Positions 13,075-25,268 of a stretch of 64,000 nucleotides of DNA are shown in pieces. The DNA is from Dimorphilus gyrociliatus (Eukaryota; Animalia; Annelida). Numbering within the stretch: the first letter of the stretch is position 1; each line of letters opens with the position of its first letter. The stretch covers positions 850,156 through 914,155 of the forward strand of contig CAJFCJ010000013.1 of NCBI GenBank assembly GCA_904063045.1, read 5' to 3'. The notes below the pieces were generated by a model. The model saw only the letters and a list, made by a program, of their open reading frames with translations. It searched no databases and was not told where the DNA came from. A program made the position numbers and the translations under genes.

Positions 13075-14792
13075 ATGTCTGATGAGACTGAAATAGAAAA
13101 CAAAATGTACGAGAGTATGGGCCCACCGACTCCTTTTCTTCCTTTTGGAGAGAATAATGAAGACGTTGGAGAGGATAATAAAGTCAATGTGACGGTAGAA
13201 TATTGCCCTTTGTGTTTAGGAACGAAAAGAGCGTTATATTGCATGGAATGTATAAAAAAAGGCAATTTCACGCACTCTAAGAAAAAACCTTCGAATAAAA
13301 GAACAGAGACGTAATAAAATATGATATTTCTTTAACTGAAATTAGATTGAACATTCAGATTGAATCAAAATTTTTGTAGATATCAGGAAAAGGCGAAAAA
13401 ATTACAAAAACAACTATATAATCGAGATAAACTAAAAAAACGGTATATTTTATAATTTTAAATATAAACATTTTTTTCTATAAATTAATATTCTTATTTT
13501 TCTTAGAATAGCAGAAAAATTAGCACAGAATGAAAGTAGAAAAAAAAAGGTTAATAACTCTATTTGTGTATAAAAACTATATATTTTAACATTTATTCAT
13601 TAATTTTTTTTCATCATGAATATAATTAGCAATTGGCAATAATCGAAACTAAACGACATTTGAATGTTCTCCAAAATGGTTTAGAAATTGCTACTAATAA
13701 ATGCGACGAACGTTAGTTTTTCAAAATATAATGTTAATGATAAAATAAGAATTTAAGAAAATATTTTCAGTTGAAAAAGCGATAAAAATCTATCGAGAGA
13801 AGGCTAATATTACTGATAGGATATTGGCCAAACACAAAGTGAAGTATAAGGAAATGGTAAACAATTTGAAAGCTCATAAAGAATCACATGACAAAACCTT
13901 GAAGTTAAAAGAGATATGGGAAAAGGTTGCTTTGGAAAGAAGAGAGCGTGTTCAGGAACTTGTCGAATATATTTTCCCTATTACTGAAGAGAAAGTGGCT
14001 GATATAAGCGATGAAGAAGACGAGGAAGATCCCATTACGGCAGAATTACGAGACGCTAGACATGCCACTCTTATTCATGGAAAGTGGATTCATGATAGTG
14101 CTTCTGAGAATATTTATCGAGTTGTAGATGCCCCAATGCCAGGCATTTGTCAATCAGATATAGCATCTCTTTTGGCTAATATTTCTGTAGAAAAGACACC
14201 AATTCTAAAGCCCAAAAATTCTCAATCATACGGAGTTGCCGCTGCATTTACTTATCTCGGGCAATTAATTGCCTCTCTATCAGCCATCTTGGACGTACCT
14301 CTTCCAGAAGGTTTTGCAAATCAAAGTCTCAGTATGGCCGTGGCGCTTTTATCGTCATCCGAACCATCTTCCAATCTCTTTATAATGGCTGCCATATGCG
14401 TAAATCGATGTGCACTTTTATTAGCTTCATCTCAACTTGTTCCGTCCGATTCCATTAGAGCTCGACATGCTGTTCATAATGTCATAGCTACTCTAAAAAG
14501 TCCAGATCTCGGAAGAATCGGTCATTTCGAAATTACAGAGAGACTTGTCTGCAGTGTCGACGGTCAATTAATATTTGACAACATTGATATGCCTAATTGG
14601 TTGATATCGGAGACAATTGACAGCGAGGAAGATGATGCAGATGAAAATTGGGAACAAGTTCCTATTTCTCTACCAGACGACGGTCAATTAGTATTAACAA
14701 GAAATCCATCCGAATCAGGAGCATTTGCAGTCATGTCTTCGGCTGTAGCATCGCTATTTACAAACGTTTCAACTCAAACTCAAACGAAATGA
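13075..14792 (+). CDS. ATG14: Beclin-1-associated autophagy regulator (ATG14/Barkor)
   Basis: N-terminal CPLC...CMEC Cys repeat followed by GNF; several short coiled-coil exons; terminal exon with AAFTYLGQL..LS.ILDVPLP and an acidic DENWEQV tail. Confidence 0.85.
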
Positions 14793-15300
14793 ACAATAAA
14801 AACAAATAAAACTGTATTTCAATTACAACAATATTAAAATGAGCCTTATAATTTTTTTGGTTCTTTTTTTTTGATACGTTAAATTTGCAATCGCCTCTCC
14901 TATCTGTTTGTTTTTATAAATACTAATTAAATGTATAAAAAAAGTAAATAAAATGAAAGAATATATATATATAAGGTTTACAACACTTAATTTTTTTCTA
15001 TTTAATAATTTCAATTCCTACAAGACGTAACGAATTTTTTTTATCACATTCAACATCTGCTTAAAAATTGGGATAAACCCTGAAAAGAAGCAGAGTACTA
15101 TTCCATGAAAGTTTTTATGGAAATAATAGAATCAAGCGAGCGGGAAACTTTTTGCATGATTATTTTGTATGGTGGAAAGAAATGAAAAATTAATCTGTGT
15201 TTCGTATTTTTCCAGAGTGAGCCATGAAATAAAAAATAATCTGAGAAATGGAGAACGCTTTTATAACTTGAATGATTGAATCATACAGTTTTAAAATTTC

Positions 15301-16277
15301 CTAGAGGCGACAAAGGCAGAAAAGTGTTGGTATAAAGATGCCTACAGCCGCAAGAATAGGTAGCATCATTGAGCCTGTGTCCTCACTAGCGTATGGATCT
15401 TGAACCTTGGGTCCCGATGGATTTCTCCTCTTGGCTAATTTAGGTTCTTCAACCTCCTCCTCTTCCTCGTCTTCCTCTCTCGTTTGCTTTTCTCTCCCAG
15501 GAAGTGGTGGTAATACTGGAATATCTGTTAAACGGATATTAATACAAAGCTCTATTGAATTTTCATACAGTTGAGACTTACCTTCCATCAATCCTCGCAT
15601 AATGATTATCGCGTTAATTTTGGGGTTATCTCTCTCCGACTATTGATTTTAAATATCTAAATGAAATTTATGAATTAGCAATTAATTTAAATTATCAAAC
15701 CTTGGCGAATTCTACAGCAAGCGAGCCACCATAAGCTGAGGATTCATCTCTAACTTTCAGTTTATTTTTACTAATTTCAAATGGGATGTATTCATCGTGA
15801 GCAATGCCTCGTCCTACTTTGGCAAATATATCCAGACCTTCCACTACTGTATGATCGTTGTTCAGAATAACATCGAAGACCTGATAGTGCATAGTTTAAA
15901 CTTTAAATATCATATTATTTTAGAGATAAAGAATGATAATCTACCTTCTGATTAGGAGCAGTAAACCATACTTCGGAAAATTTCAATATCAAGACATAGT
16001 GTCCGTCGGCGTTTATGGGAATCTCATATCGAAATGAGTCTGTATGATATCTCTCAGTTTGATATATGATCTGATCCTGTTGTGGTATCCTATGTATTAC
16101 TAAGTTACGTCCATAGTCGGAGGCAGTTCCCAAATTGAGAGGATCGCGTTGGTATTTAATCCCATGGCTATCTACATGGGATTCACCACCACAATTTACT
16201 GCATAAATCACTTCTCCAAGGCAGTTATATGCTGGTATACATAATAAAAACATAAAACCAATTAACTTATTCTTCAT
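15301..16277 (-). CDS. MLEC: Malectin
   Basis: Exons 16277-15945, 15880-15701, 15639-15582, 15524-15301. Signal peptide, [36 protein letters not shown], acidic stretch, C-terminal TM ending CLCRL. Confidence 0.95.
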
Positions 16278-16358
16278 TGCGATACTGATTATCTGTATTG
16301 CAAGGTATGCTGACAGGAATCGCTTAGCCTTCTAATAACCGGCATGTAATCGTAACAA

Positions 16359-16397
16359 CCGGAAGCTTAGGATTTTCCCCAAGTTGATGACACGTCA
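16359..16397. promoter_or_regulatory. ETS-type CCGGAAG and TGACGTGTCA (CRE/UPRE-like) motifs in the MLEC/CCDC92 divergent promoter
   Basis: CCGGAAG at 16359-16365 and TGACACGTCA at 16388-16397, 80-120 bp upstream of the MLEC ATG. Motif match only. Confidence 0.35.
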
Positions 16398-16828
16398 TCA
16401 AGCAATAATTTCAACAGTATTAAAGAGTATCTTTTTTTTCAAGTACAATCAATGTAATTTTTTTGTCCAAACGAAGATTTACGAAGAGTACGAAACAAAC
16501 TACAATCACGACATACTACAATTTTTATTCTAGAGATTTTTTTTGTCTTATTGTTATTCTGTTAGATTTATATAACTAATCATATATCACAGAAATCATT
16601 CTCTGAATAAGCATTTATGATTTTAATAGACCACTTGTAACTTTTTTGTGTCTAAATTAGTTGCATTTTAAAATTTAATTTATAAAAAATCTCAACTATT
16701 ATATTATTCCGGCTGGTGCTTTTTTTTCGTAATGGAATTTCATTTAAAAATGGTTGTTTTTACACTTGTTATGTTGAATTTTGAATTTAAAGCCTGTAAT
16801 TTCACAGGATAACAGAAAATATGGAAGC

Positions 16829-17597
16829 ATGTCCTCAGTTGATTGGAATTCTCAACAAAGGGTGTTGTTTCTTCAGACACAGCATGCTGAAACTTTAAAA
16901 GAGCTCCACAGCGAAATAACGAAATTACAAAAGAGGTGTTCAGGTAATATACAACAATAGCTACATGTTTCGTTTGTAAATCTCTAAAACTTTAACAGAA
17001 TTAACATTCGAGTTGGCAATGAAATCAACAAGTACATCCCAAGAAGGTATAAAATATACACTTTCTTCATTAATCTGAAGATACTAATCAATCATTCAAA
17101 CAGATTCTCTATCAGTAGAAGTATCACAACTCAAGAAAACTTTAGCCGATCGGAATACCTATATTAATCGTCTCGAGACAGAAATCAAACAAGATCGCCT
17201 CAACTGGAAGAATTTAGAGAATGAATTTCGTGATACAATTCGAAAATATAAATTAGAATTGGAAAATCGAGAAAAAACTGCCCAAGAATTGAGATTACTC
17301 CTTCAAAAAAAGTCTGATGAACTAGTTTCTATGACGATGAAAAAAGAACCACGAAGTCCAATAATGCCATCTCCCCCTGTAACAGGAAATCGAAGAAGAT
17401 TAAGTATTGATTCTAGGAGCGAAAGGGAATGGATGAAAAGTAGTTATGTTCCTGACCCTAAACCTTTCCTGCAGCGAAAAGAGAAATTAGCAAACGTAAG
17501 ATGCCTTCCAAAATCTGCTCAAACAGTTTTACCGCCTATAGCAAAAAGAAATGAAACAAAACCGTCCACAAGCCCATCCAATTCAGCCAGAAAATGA
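16829..17597 (+). CDS. Coiled-coil protein, CCDC92/CCDC74 family, ~218 aa
   Basis: Exons 16829-16943, 16999-17046, 17104-17597 splice in frame. LFLQTQHAETLKELHSEITKLQKRCSELTFEL matches the CCDC92-type N-terminal motif; LPPI near the C-terminus. Confidence 0.75.
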
Positions 17598-17682
17598 CAA
17601 ATTTTTTTTCTCAACAAAGTTTATTTTTAACAAAATATCATTCTTTACTTAAATTCAAGTAAAGTTAATAAACGTTAAATTT

Positions 17683-19403
17683 TTATAAAATTTTTCCAAC
17701 TTCTTCGAAATACGAACCAAACAATTTTGTACCTTCAATATAGTTAAATCTGCCGATTTTTTCATTTTGCGAGTGAGCACCATCGTCCGATTGCCCAATC
17801 GGTAGAAGCATAACGTTCTTTCCAGTAACGTCTTGTAGAGTGAGAGTTACAGGTATGCTTCCTCCTTCACGAGTTAAATCTGGTTCAACACCATAAACCC
17901 TTTGCACGGCATGGCGACCTTGATATAAATATGATTGCAATATAGAAAGGTTTAATTTATATTGAATTTTACAAAGCCTACCTGCTTGGAAGTGCTTATG
18001 CCTAAAATCTGAAACCCATGGTTTCCCTGAACCGGTCATAGTAATTTTCAATTTATTAGGACTCTTTCTTTGAGCAAAAACATTTTCAATATGAGCTTTT
18101 ACAAGCTTTTCAACTTCGTCAGGTTCCATATTGGGAACGATTCTAATGGAAAATTTGCCGGTAACTTTTCTCGGTATGACTGTCTTTGAACCAGGAGCAT
18201 CAAAAGCACCTTCTATGCCATGCAAAGACAACGCGGGATAGCGCCATCTGTACATAAGAACTTCGGCCTTTTTACTTTGCACTAATCTGCCATGTTTAAT
18301 ATCTTCTCGGTAATCTTCCATGTCAAAATCAATGTTTTCATACAATTTTCGTTCTTCGTCGGTCAATGGTGCAACACTATCATATATTCCAGGGATAAGT
18401 ATTTTCGCTTTAGTATCAACCAAAGTGTTCATGATAGCAGTCAAATCAGTCAATGCTTCGTGTACGGAGCCTCCGAAACTTCCAGAGTGTAAATCTTTTG
18501 AAGAACATTCGACCTGTTTAAAAAAAAATAATGGTGTCAACGTCTTGTAATCTTATCTTTACCTAAATAAGAAACATACTTCAACAAAGAAATAACAAAT
18601 TCCACGGAGACCGTAGGTAAGGCATGGTTTCTTCTTACCAAGCCAATAATTGTCAGAAATGCATACATAGTCAACGTCCTGAATAAATTTTGACTCAGCA
18701 CGAGCATATAAAAGTCTATCGAGACCCTCCGAATTGGACTCTTCCATTCCTTCATAAACGAAACGAAGATTGACTGGCAGCTCTCGACCAATAGCCTGAT
18801 AAGCTTCAATGCAATGCAAGCAGCATAAGACAGGTCCTTTATCATCAGTCGAACCTCTTCCGTATAATTTACCATTTACTTCGGTCAATTCGAACGGTTC
18901 GGTATCCCATCCATCACTCTTTTTCGCCGGTTGAACATCTAAATGTCCGTAAATAAGAATTGTTTTTTTCTTGGGGTCGTCACCGTATTTCCCCAAAATA
19001 ACTGGTGGTAGTGGAATTGTTTCCCCTTCAAGTTTTTGCATACCAATATCAGCTATCTCAACTTCAATTCCGAGAGACCTCATTTTCTCAGCGGTATGGT
19101 TAACCATACGAACGACTTCGTCTCTCTTCTCCGCATGAGCACTAACGCTCTGAATAGCAACCGCTTCACGTAAATTCTCGACGAACTTGTCGGCATTCTT
19201 ATCAATATACCTTGAAAATAAAAATAAAATTGTTTCAATTATTGTTTACTGTAACAGTGTCTGTTCGCTTTTTGAGATAATGACTCAAAATTATTTTTTA
19301 CAGTTGATACAAATTCACTGTAATTAGTCTTTAATAGTAATATTATTCTATTATCTTGTAGAGGTAAAACTTACGAGAATAGTTTAGGGATGAAGTCAGT
19401 CAT
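17683..19403 (-). CDS. CNDP2: Cytosolic non-specific dipeptidase (M20 family)
   Basis: Start [10 protein letters not shown]|YIDKN...VAIQSVSA. Motifs [52 protein letters not shown]. Introns near 19212-19374, 18513-18579 and 17919-17981. Confidence 0.95.
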
Positions 19404-19684
19404 GTTGTATTCAGTTGTCAAGTTGAGACTTCAACAGGTTAAAGATTTTGACACTTGTTCAACGAGTGCTGAACTAGAAAGAATATGTAACTTAGATAAT
19501 TTGTATAAAACCAGATTTTTTCGCATATTAGACTGGTTCCGTTTACCTTATAAAAACCGGAAGTTGTGGCAGAAGAAACTGAAGTCATCCAAGAGATGGG
19601 GAGGATTGCAAAAAAGCTGATTTTCTCCTATCCTTCTCCGTCCGTTGGCACAAAATATGGACGGTCGGAGGAGAAAAATCGAAA
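19404..19684. promoter_or_regulatory. Bidirectional promoter between CNDP2 and SH2B
   Basis: The divergent start codons are only ~280 bp apart, with an ETS motif CCGGAAGT at 19557-19564. Confidence 0.55.
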
Positions 19685-21581
19685 ATGAATGGAGGTACAG
19701 TGAAAAAGGAAAATGATAATTTGCTAGACGAGGGTTTAATTGATTTTTGTGACGAAAAAGCTGCGTTAGCGGCCTCTGACTTCGCTCGAAACATCTCGCA
19801 GTACTTTTCTCAGCACCCTCTGCAATCTTCGATCTGCACAGCAAGCCAATGTGTCGAAACATTTGTTCAGCAATTTTCCAATCATTTCTACGCTGAAGTT
19901 GATCGACACGGCTTACACAACAGGAAAGATTTCATAGCTGGTAGCCCACCTCTACGTCCGCTTCCACCCCACCGATCTGTTTCGGAAAATTTTGAGCCTA
20001 TTCCGTTGAATGAGGACTCTGATTCCAGTATTCTCGTACCAGTTCTACAGAGATCAAATTCAACTGAAGCTCTACAGGATTATGAGACGAGTGACACTTC
20101 TCCGATTTTGTCACATACGGCTCCCCACTCGCCGAAGCCTCACAAATCTTTCTTGCGTCATTTCTCTTTAAGAGGTCTTCGAACTCATGTCCGCCCTCTG
20201 CGTCAGCTATTTAAACTCAATACAGTAGCGCATGAATCCTGTTCAGCTGACGATAGCGAAGATGCTTATGCCGTTCCTGCCGGAAATGGACTACACAAAG
20301 AGGGGGTTGTCCATCAATTAATTGGCGAGGATAAAAATGGCAAATCAAAGTGGGTTAAATGTCGGATGCTCCTTGTTCGAACCCATGGTGGCTATATGCT
20401 CGAATTTTATACACCACCGAAATCATCAAGGCCTAAGAGTGGTATATTCTGTCTACTTATTACGGAAGCTAGAGAAACTACCGCCCTCGAGCTACCTGAC
20501 AGAGAAAACACATTCGTTCTAAAGGTTATTTTACATTTTCTTTCTCAATTTTTCCAGACTAGTATTAAAATAAAAAGTAGTACGGGTGATTTATGTTATT
20601 ATTATATATTTATATAATTATAATTCCCTCAAATAATCAACTTGGAAAATTTATCACTAGGCGGCTAATAACTTGGAATACGTGCTGGAGGCGAGTGACA
20701 GCAACGATATGAAAGCCTGGTTAGATTCAATTAGGAAATGCGTTCGCAGTTTAAATCCACCGTAAGTGTTGCCCATCTAAGTTCTTTCTTTTAAAAGTTA
20801 TACTGTAAAAGAACGTTTTAGGCGAGTCAATTCACCACCTGAAGCTAGTCAACACAACAGTTTATTTGCATCATCTAATTCATCGTCTGAAGCTGCCATT
20901 TCCAGGCGTCGTTCGTCTTGTGGAAGCGATTGCGCGATGCCTCCAGCCCTACCACCGAGGCCTTGTTCTGCTTCACCTTCTGCTCAAGAGCAAGGCGCTG
21001 AATCCTTTTCACCTCCTCGCCATAATTTCTTAACGGCATCCGAACAAGGAACTGTCTGTATGCTGAGACTTTATCCATGGTTCCATGGAACGTTAACTAG
21101 GTCAAGAGCGGCTTATCTGGTTCTAACCAACGCCACAAGAGGTCATGGGCAGTTCTTAGTGAGGCAAAGTGAAACGAGAAGAGGAGAATATGTATTAACG
21201 TTTAATTTTGAAGGTCGAGCTAAGCATTTAAGAATGACTGTAAATGGAGAGGGAGAATGTCGCGTTCAGCATCTCTGGTTCCAGAGTATATTTGATATGC
21301 TGGAGTTTTTTAGATCTCACCCAATACCATTAGAAAGCGGTGGAAATTCTGATGTAAAATTAAATGAGTTTATAATATCAGCCAGTGCTATTGTGCGTCC
21401 TCAATCGTCTTTTAATGCATCACCATCAAGATTAACTAATTTAGATGCTCATCGTCCGCCTGCTAGAGAACAACTAATACCAACTCTAACTCATGGAGGA
21501 TCGGTTAGAGTTCGTACAGCATCCATGGAGAATTTAATGTTTGTACCTCGTGCTGTCGACAACCCCTATTCGTTCGTATAG
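19685..21581 (+). CDS. SH2B: SH2B adaptor protein (Lnk-like): dimerisation domain, PH, SH2
   Basis: Exons 19685-20524, 20661-20761, 20822-21581. FC..A...A.DFA N-terminus; PH domain ([20 protein letters not shown]); SH2 ([31 protein letters not shown]); terminal DNPYSFV. Confidence 0.93.
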
Positions 21582-22885
21582 GCGGGTTTTATTTTTCAGT
21601 CAACAAAAAATTCTTCTTACGCTTGTGCCAAACTGCAATCTCATTTATTCGTGAGAACGAAAATATAATATAGATAAAAAATATACATTTTGTTCAAACA
21701 ATATATATATATATATATATATATTGTTGGAATAAATAGACATGCGCATTTATTTTTTATCTGTATAACCTACAAATTTATTTATTTATAATCTACTGTA
21801 CATTTTATATGTACCGCAAAATTCACTGATGAAATAATATTGACCTGATGATAGGATATATTGAAAGTTTTCTTTAATATATATGTATATATATATATAA
21901 ATATACTCATCTGCACGAATGTTTATCAATCAATAATAGCATGTTTATAAAATGTATATGCATTTTGTTTTACATTTTCGCGAATGATTTATAGTGTTTT
22001 TTTTATGTTTTACTGATTATCTATGTATTATCTATATTTCTAACTTAAAAATCAACAATGTTTCTTATATATACTCACACACACACATACATACATACAC
22101 ACGCATATATAATAGCACATTCATACCTTCACGAAAAACAAAAAGAACAGTAATGGATTATCATAAGCAAAAACTTGTATTTAAATACTCGCTAAAGTTG
22201 CGTTTTTTCTCTCTTTTTTTTTGAATTGTACCTCCTTTTTTTAAAGTGAATTTTCCTTAGTTAAATTATGTATATTTCAAATATTTGTAATTTCTTTTTA
22301 CAATTTGACCGATGCTCATTTTGCCCGCGAGTGACTTTTGTATATTTTTTTAGTGATAATGCTTTGTTGTAAGAGAAACGAGTAATTTTACTGCAGCTTT
22401 CGTCAACAGAATATATATATATGTATATGTATATATATAATTATATGTATATACTCAATATGGAAAGTATATACATGCAAAATTTGATTGTATGTATATA
22501 TTTATGTCTGAATGAATATGATTGCGAATATTTATATTAAGAAATTAATTTTGAATTGTCATATTTGCTTGGTTGTTACTGTTTTTGTTGTAAAATGTCA
22601 TTGACCATGAAATAAACTCGCTGTTTTAGCTATAATTAAACTCTTTATTCTTCCTTTTTTTGGAATTTATCAAGCTTTCCTGTTTATCAATTAGATTGAA
22701 ACTTTTTTGGTATTAATTTATACGAAAAGAACCATATATTTGCTTATCGCTTATCTATTCTATAGTTCAATCACTAGCCTAACTCATTATAACAACGGGC
22801 GATAGTTTATTGTTGAGCTAACTATGTAATGAGGAAAGTACATTAGTTAAATACAATTAATAACCTCATCATTTTCCGGTATAGG

Positions 22886-25166
22886 TCGTCATGGGAAAGA
22901 AAGAAATTCGCTTTATCTGGAATGTCCATTATATTAGCCTTGGCTGCTTGTATAATTGGATTAACATTTGGATTGCGAATTGGACCTAAAAAAGATGGTG
23001 GATCTCCTGTTGATCCTACTGGGCCTCCCTCGGCTTATGGCGAGTATAAATCGGCAATTGTTGCCAGTGATACAAAAGCTTGCTCAACGGTCGGAAAGTA
23101 AGAATAAAGAAGAAAAGACAAGCTTATTAATTAAACAACTTTTACTATCTTGCCCTTAACCTTTAGAAATATCTTGTCAAAGGGAGGTTCGGCGACTGAT
23201 TCGGCTATAGCAACAATGTTTTGTGTTGGAGTTGTACAACCACACAGTTCGGGTATTGGTGGAGGTCACTTTATAACAATATTTGATAGGTCTATTATCA
23301 ACCTCTCTGTGTAACATATGACTATAGACATTGATTTAAACGAATTGTAGACGAAAGAACAGCCTGCCAGACTCTGCTCCTGTCCTTCAATCCATTCTTT
23401 CAAGAGAACGAGCTCCCGGTGATTCTGACAGGGACATGTTTGTTAACAAAACTGAATTGGCAAAAAAAGGTATTCCTTATAAGTATCTTTACAAGATTTA
23501 AAAACGTTGTGTGATCTTTCAATTAACATTAGGCGGGTTAGCTATTGCGGTTCCCGGAGAGGTAAAAGGGTTTTATACCGCCTGGGAGGAATTTGGTAAA
23601 TTACCTTGGAAAGATTTGGTTCAGCCCACCATCGATATGTTGAATGAGGGCGTGGTCGTCGAGTCAAACTTAGCCAGGGTATTAAGGAATAATGAGTTGA
23701 GAATCCGTTTAAATCCAGGTTTAAGGTTTGCTAATATAATCTTTAAAAAGTATTTTCAACTTTATCATTATTAACTATGTACAGTGAATTATTTATCAAG
23801 CAAAACGATGAGATTATGAAATTCGGTGATAGATATAAAAATGATAAGTTAAAGACTACACTAGAAAAGATAAGTGTAAATCCGTATGATTTCTATAATG
23901 GAACTCTTGCGGCAGAAATAGTTGCAGATATACAGGATGCAGGTAAAGAGTAATAGAAATGATGATACGTCCAGTAGACATAACATACGTATTTCTTTAT
24001 CCTCTTTTCTTTTCCAGCGGGTATTGTAAAGCTTTCAGATTTAAGTTCCTACACTTCGAAGAAGAAACAACCAATACACTTAAGACTGCCAGAGTCTCGT
24101 TTAAATATCCATGGTCCTAATCCACCTTCCAGCGGCGTTATATATCAATATATCCTAAATATTTTGGATGGGTATAAATTTAAAAAAGAGGATTTGGAAA
24201 GTGAAACTTCAAAAGCCAACGTTTATCATAAAATAGTGGAAGCTTTTAAATTTGCTTACGCAAAACGATCTAATCTTGGAGATGAAGACTTTGTCGACGT
24301 ACAACAACTAATTCGTAACCTAACATCATCGGATTACGCAGCGTATATTAGATCTCGTATAACTGATGACAGAACTCATCCTATTTCTTATTATGAACCA
24401 GATTTTGACATTGTTAATGATTCTGGTACGGCTCATGTATCGATTATTTATAGAGACACTGCAGTAGGGTTGACTTCTACTATCAATTTATTGTAAGAGA
24501 TAATAGATAAGTATGATGAAAGAAGAGAGGAAAGCATTGAATTTTTTTTTTATCCTTTAAAAGCTTCGGGTCTGACGTTGTTGGAGATAGAACCGGTATT
24601 ATTTTTAACGATGAAATGGATGATTTCTCAACTCCAGGAACAACAAATAGTTTCGGAGTTCCAGCTTCGCCAAATAATTATATTGTCCCTGGTAAAATGC
24701 CAATGTCATCTATGTGCCCTGCCATAATTCTTAATGACGATAGAGAAGTTGTTTATGTAACTGGAGCTTCTGGCGGCACTCGTATAACAACCGCCGTTGC
24801 CTGGGTACGATTAGTTTCACTTTTTCTAAAACTGCTCTTGTACTAATAACATTCTTTTTCCCCTTATCATTTTATCTCCCTCTCTATAAGACTACTCTGC
24901 ATTCATTATGGTTCGAGAAGCGTATTGATCATTCCCTAGACGCACCTAGACTACATCACCAACTCGTCCCAAACGAAGTTGTACTAGAGAGAGATGTTTC
25001 AAGCGAAATTCAAAGAAGTCTAGAAGAGAAAGGGCATATTGCTAGGTTGCTTCAAGGAAGACAGGGCGTTGTTCAAGGAGCTCATAAGATTTGTAAAGAT
25101 ATCGACAAAAATTGTATAACTGGTGCCTCTGACGGAAGAAAAGGCGGTGTTCCAGACGGCTTTTAA
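22886..25166 (+). CDS. GGT: Gamma-glutamyl transpeptidase (glutathione hydrolase); 5' end uncertain
   Basis: N-terminal TM anchor, GGSATDSAIA, SSGIGGG, RERAP, AIAVPGEVKG, PPSSG, catalytic DSG-T-AHVSI, LNDEMDDFS, PMSSMCP, GASGGTRI, DAPRLHHQL, SDGRKGG; about 10 short introns. Confidence 0.92.
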
Positions 25167-25268
25167 ACGTGAATCATGCCTAAATACATGTACTGTATAA
25201 ATAGTAAAAAGATATAAGATGTATAATAATTTCTATTCTATTATTATTGTTATTATTATTACTATGCT

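Noticed and set aside
17919-17981. Apparent 21-aa insertion in CNDP2 ([21 protein letters not shown]) in the ORF track
   Set aside because: It is a 63-nt GT-AG intron that happens to be in frame and stop-free. Removing it restores the normal QAGRHAV sequence.
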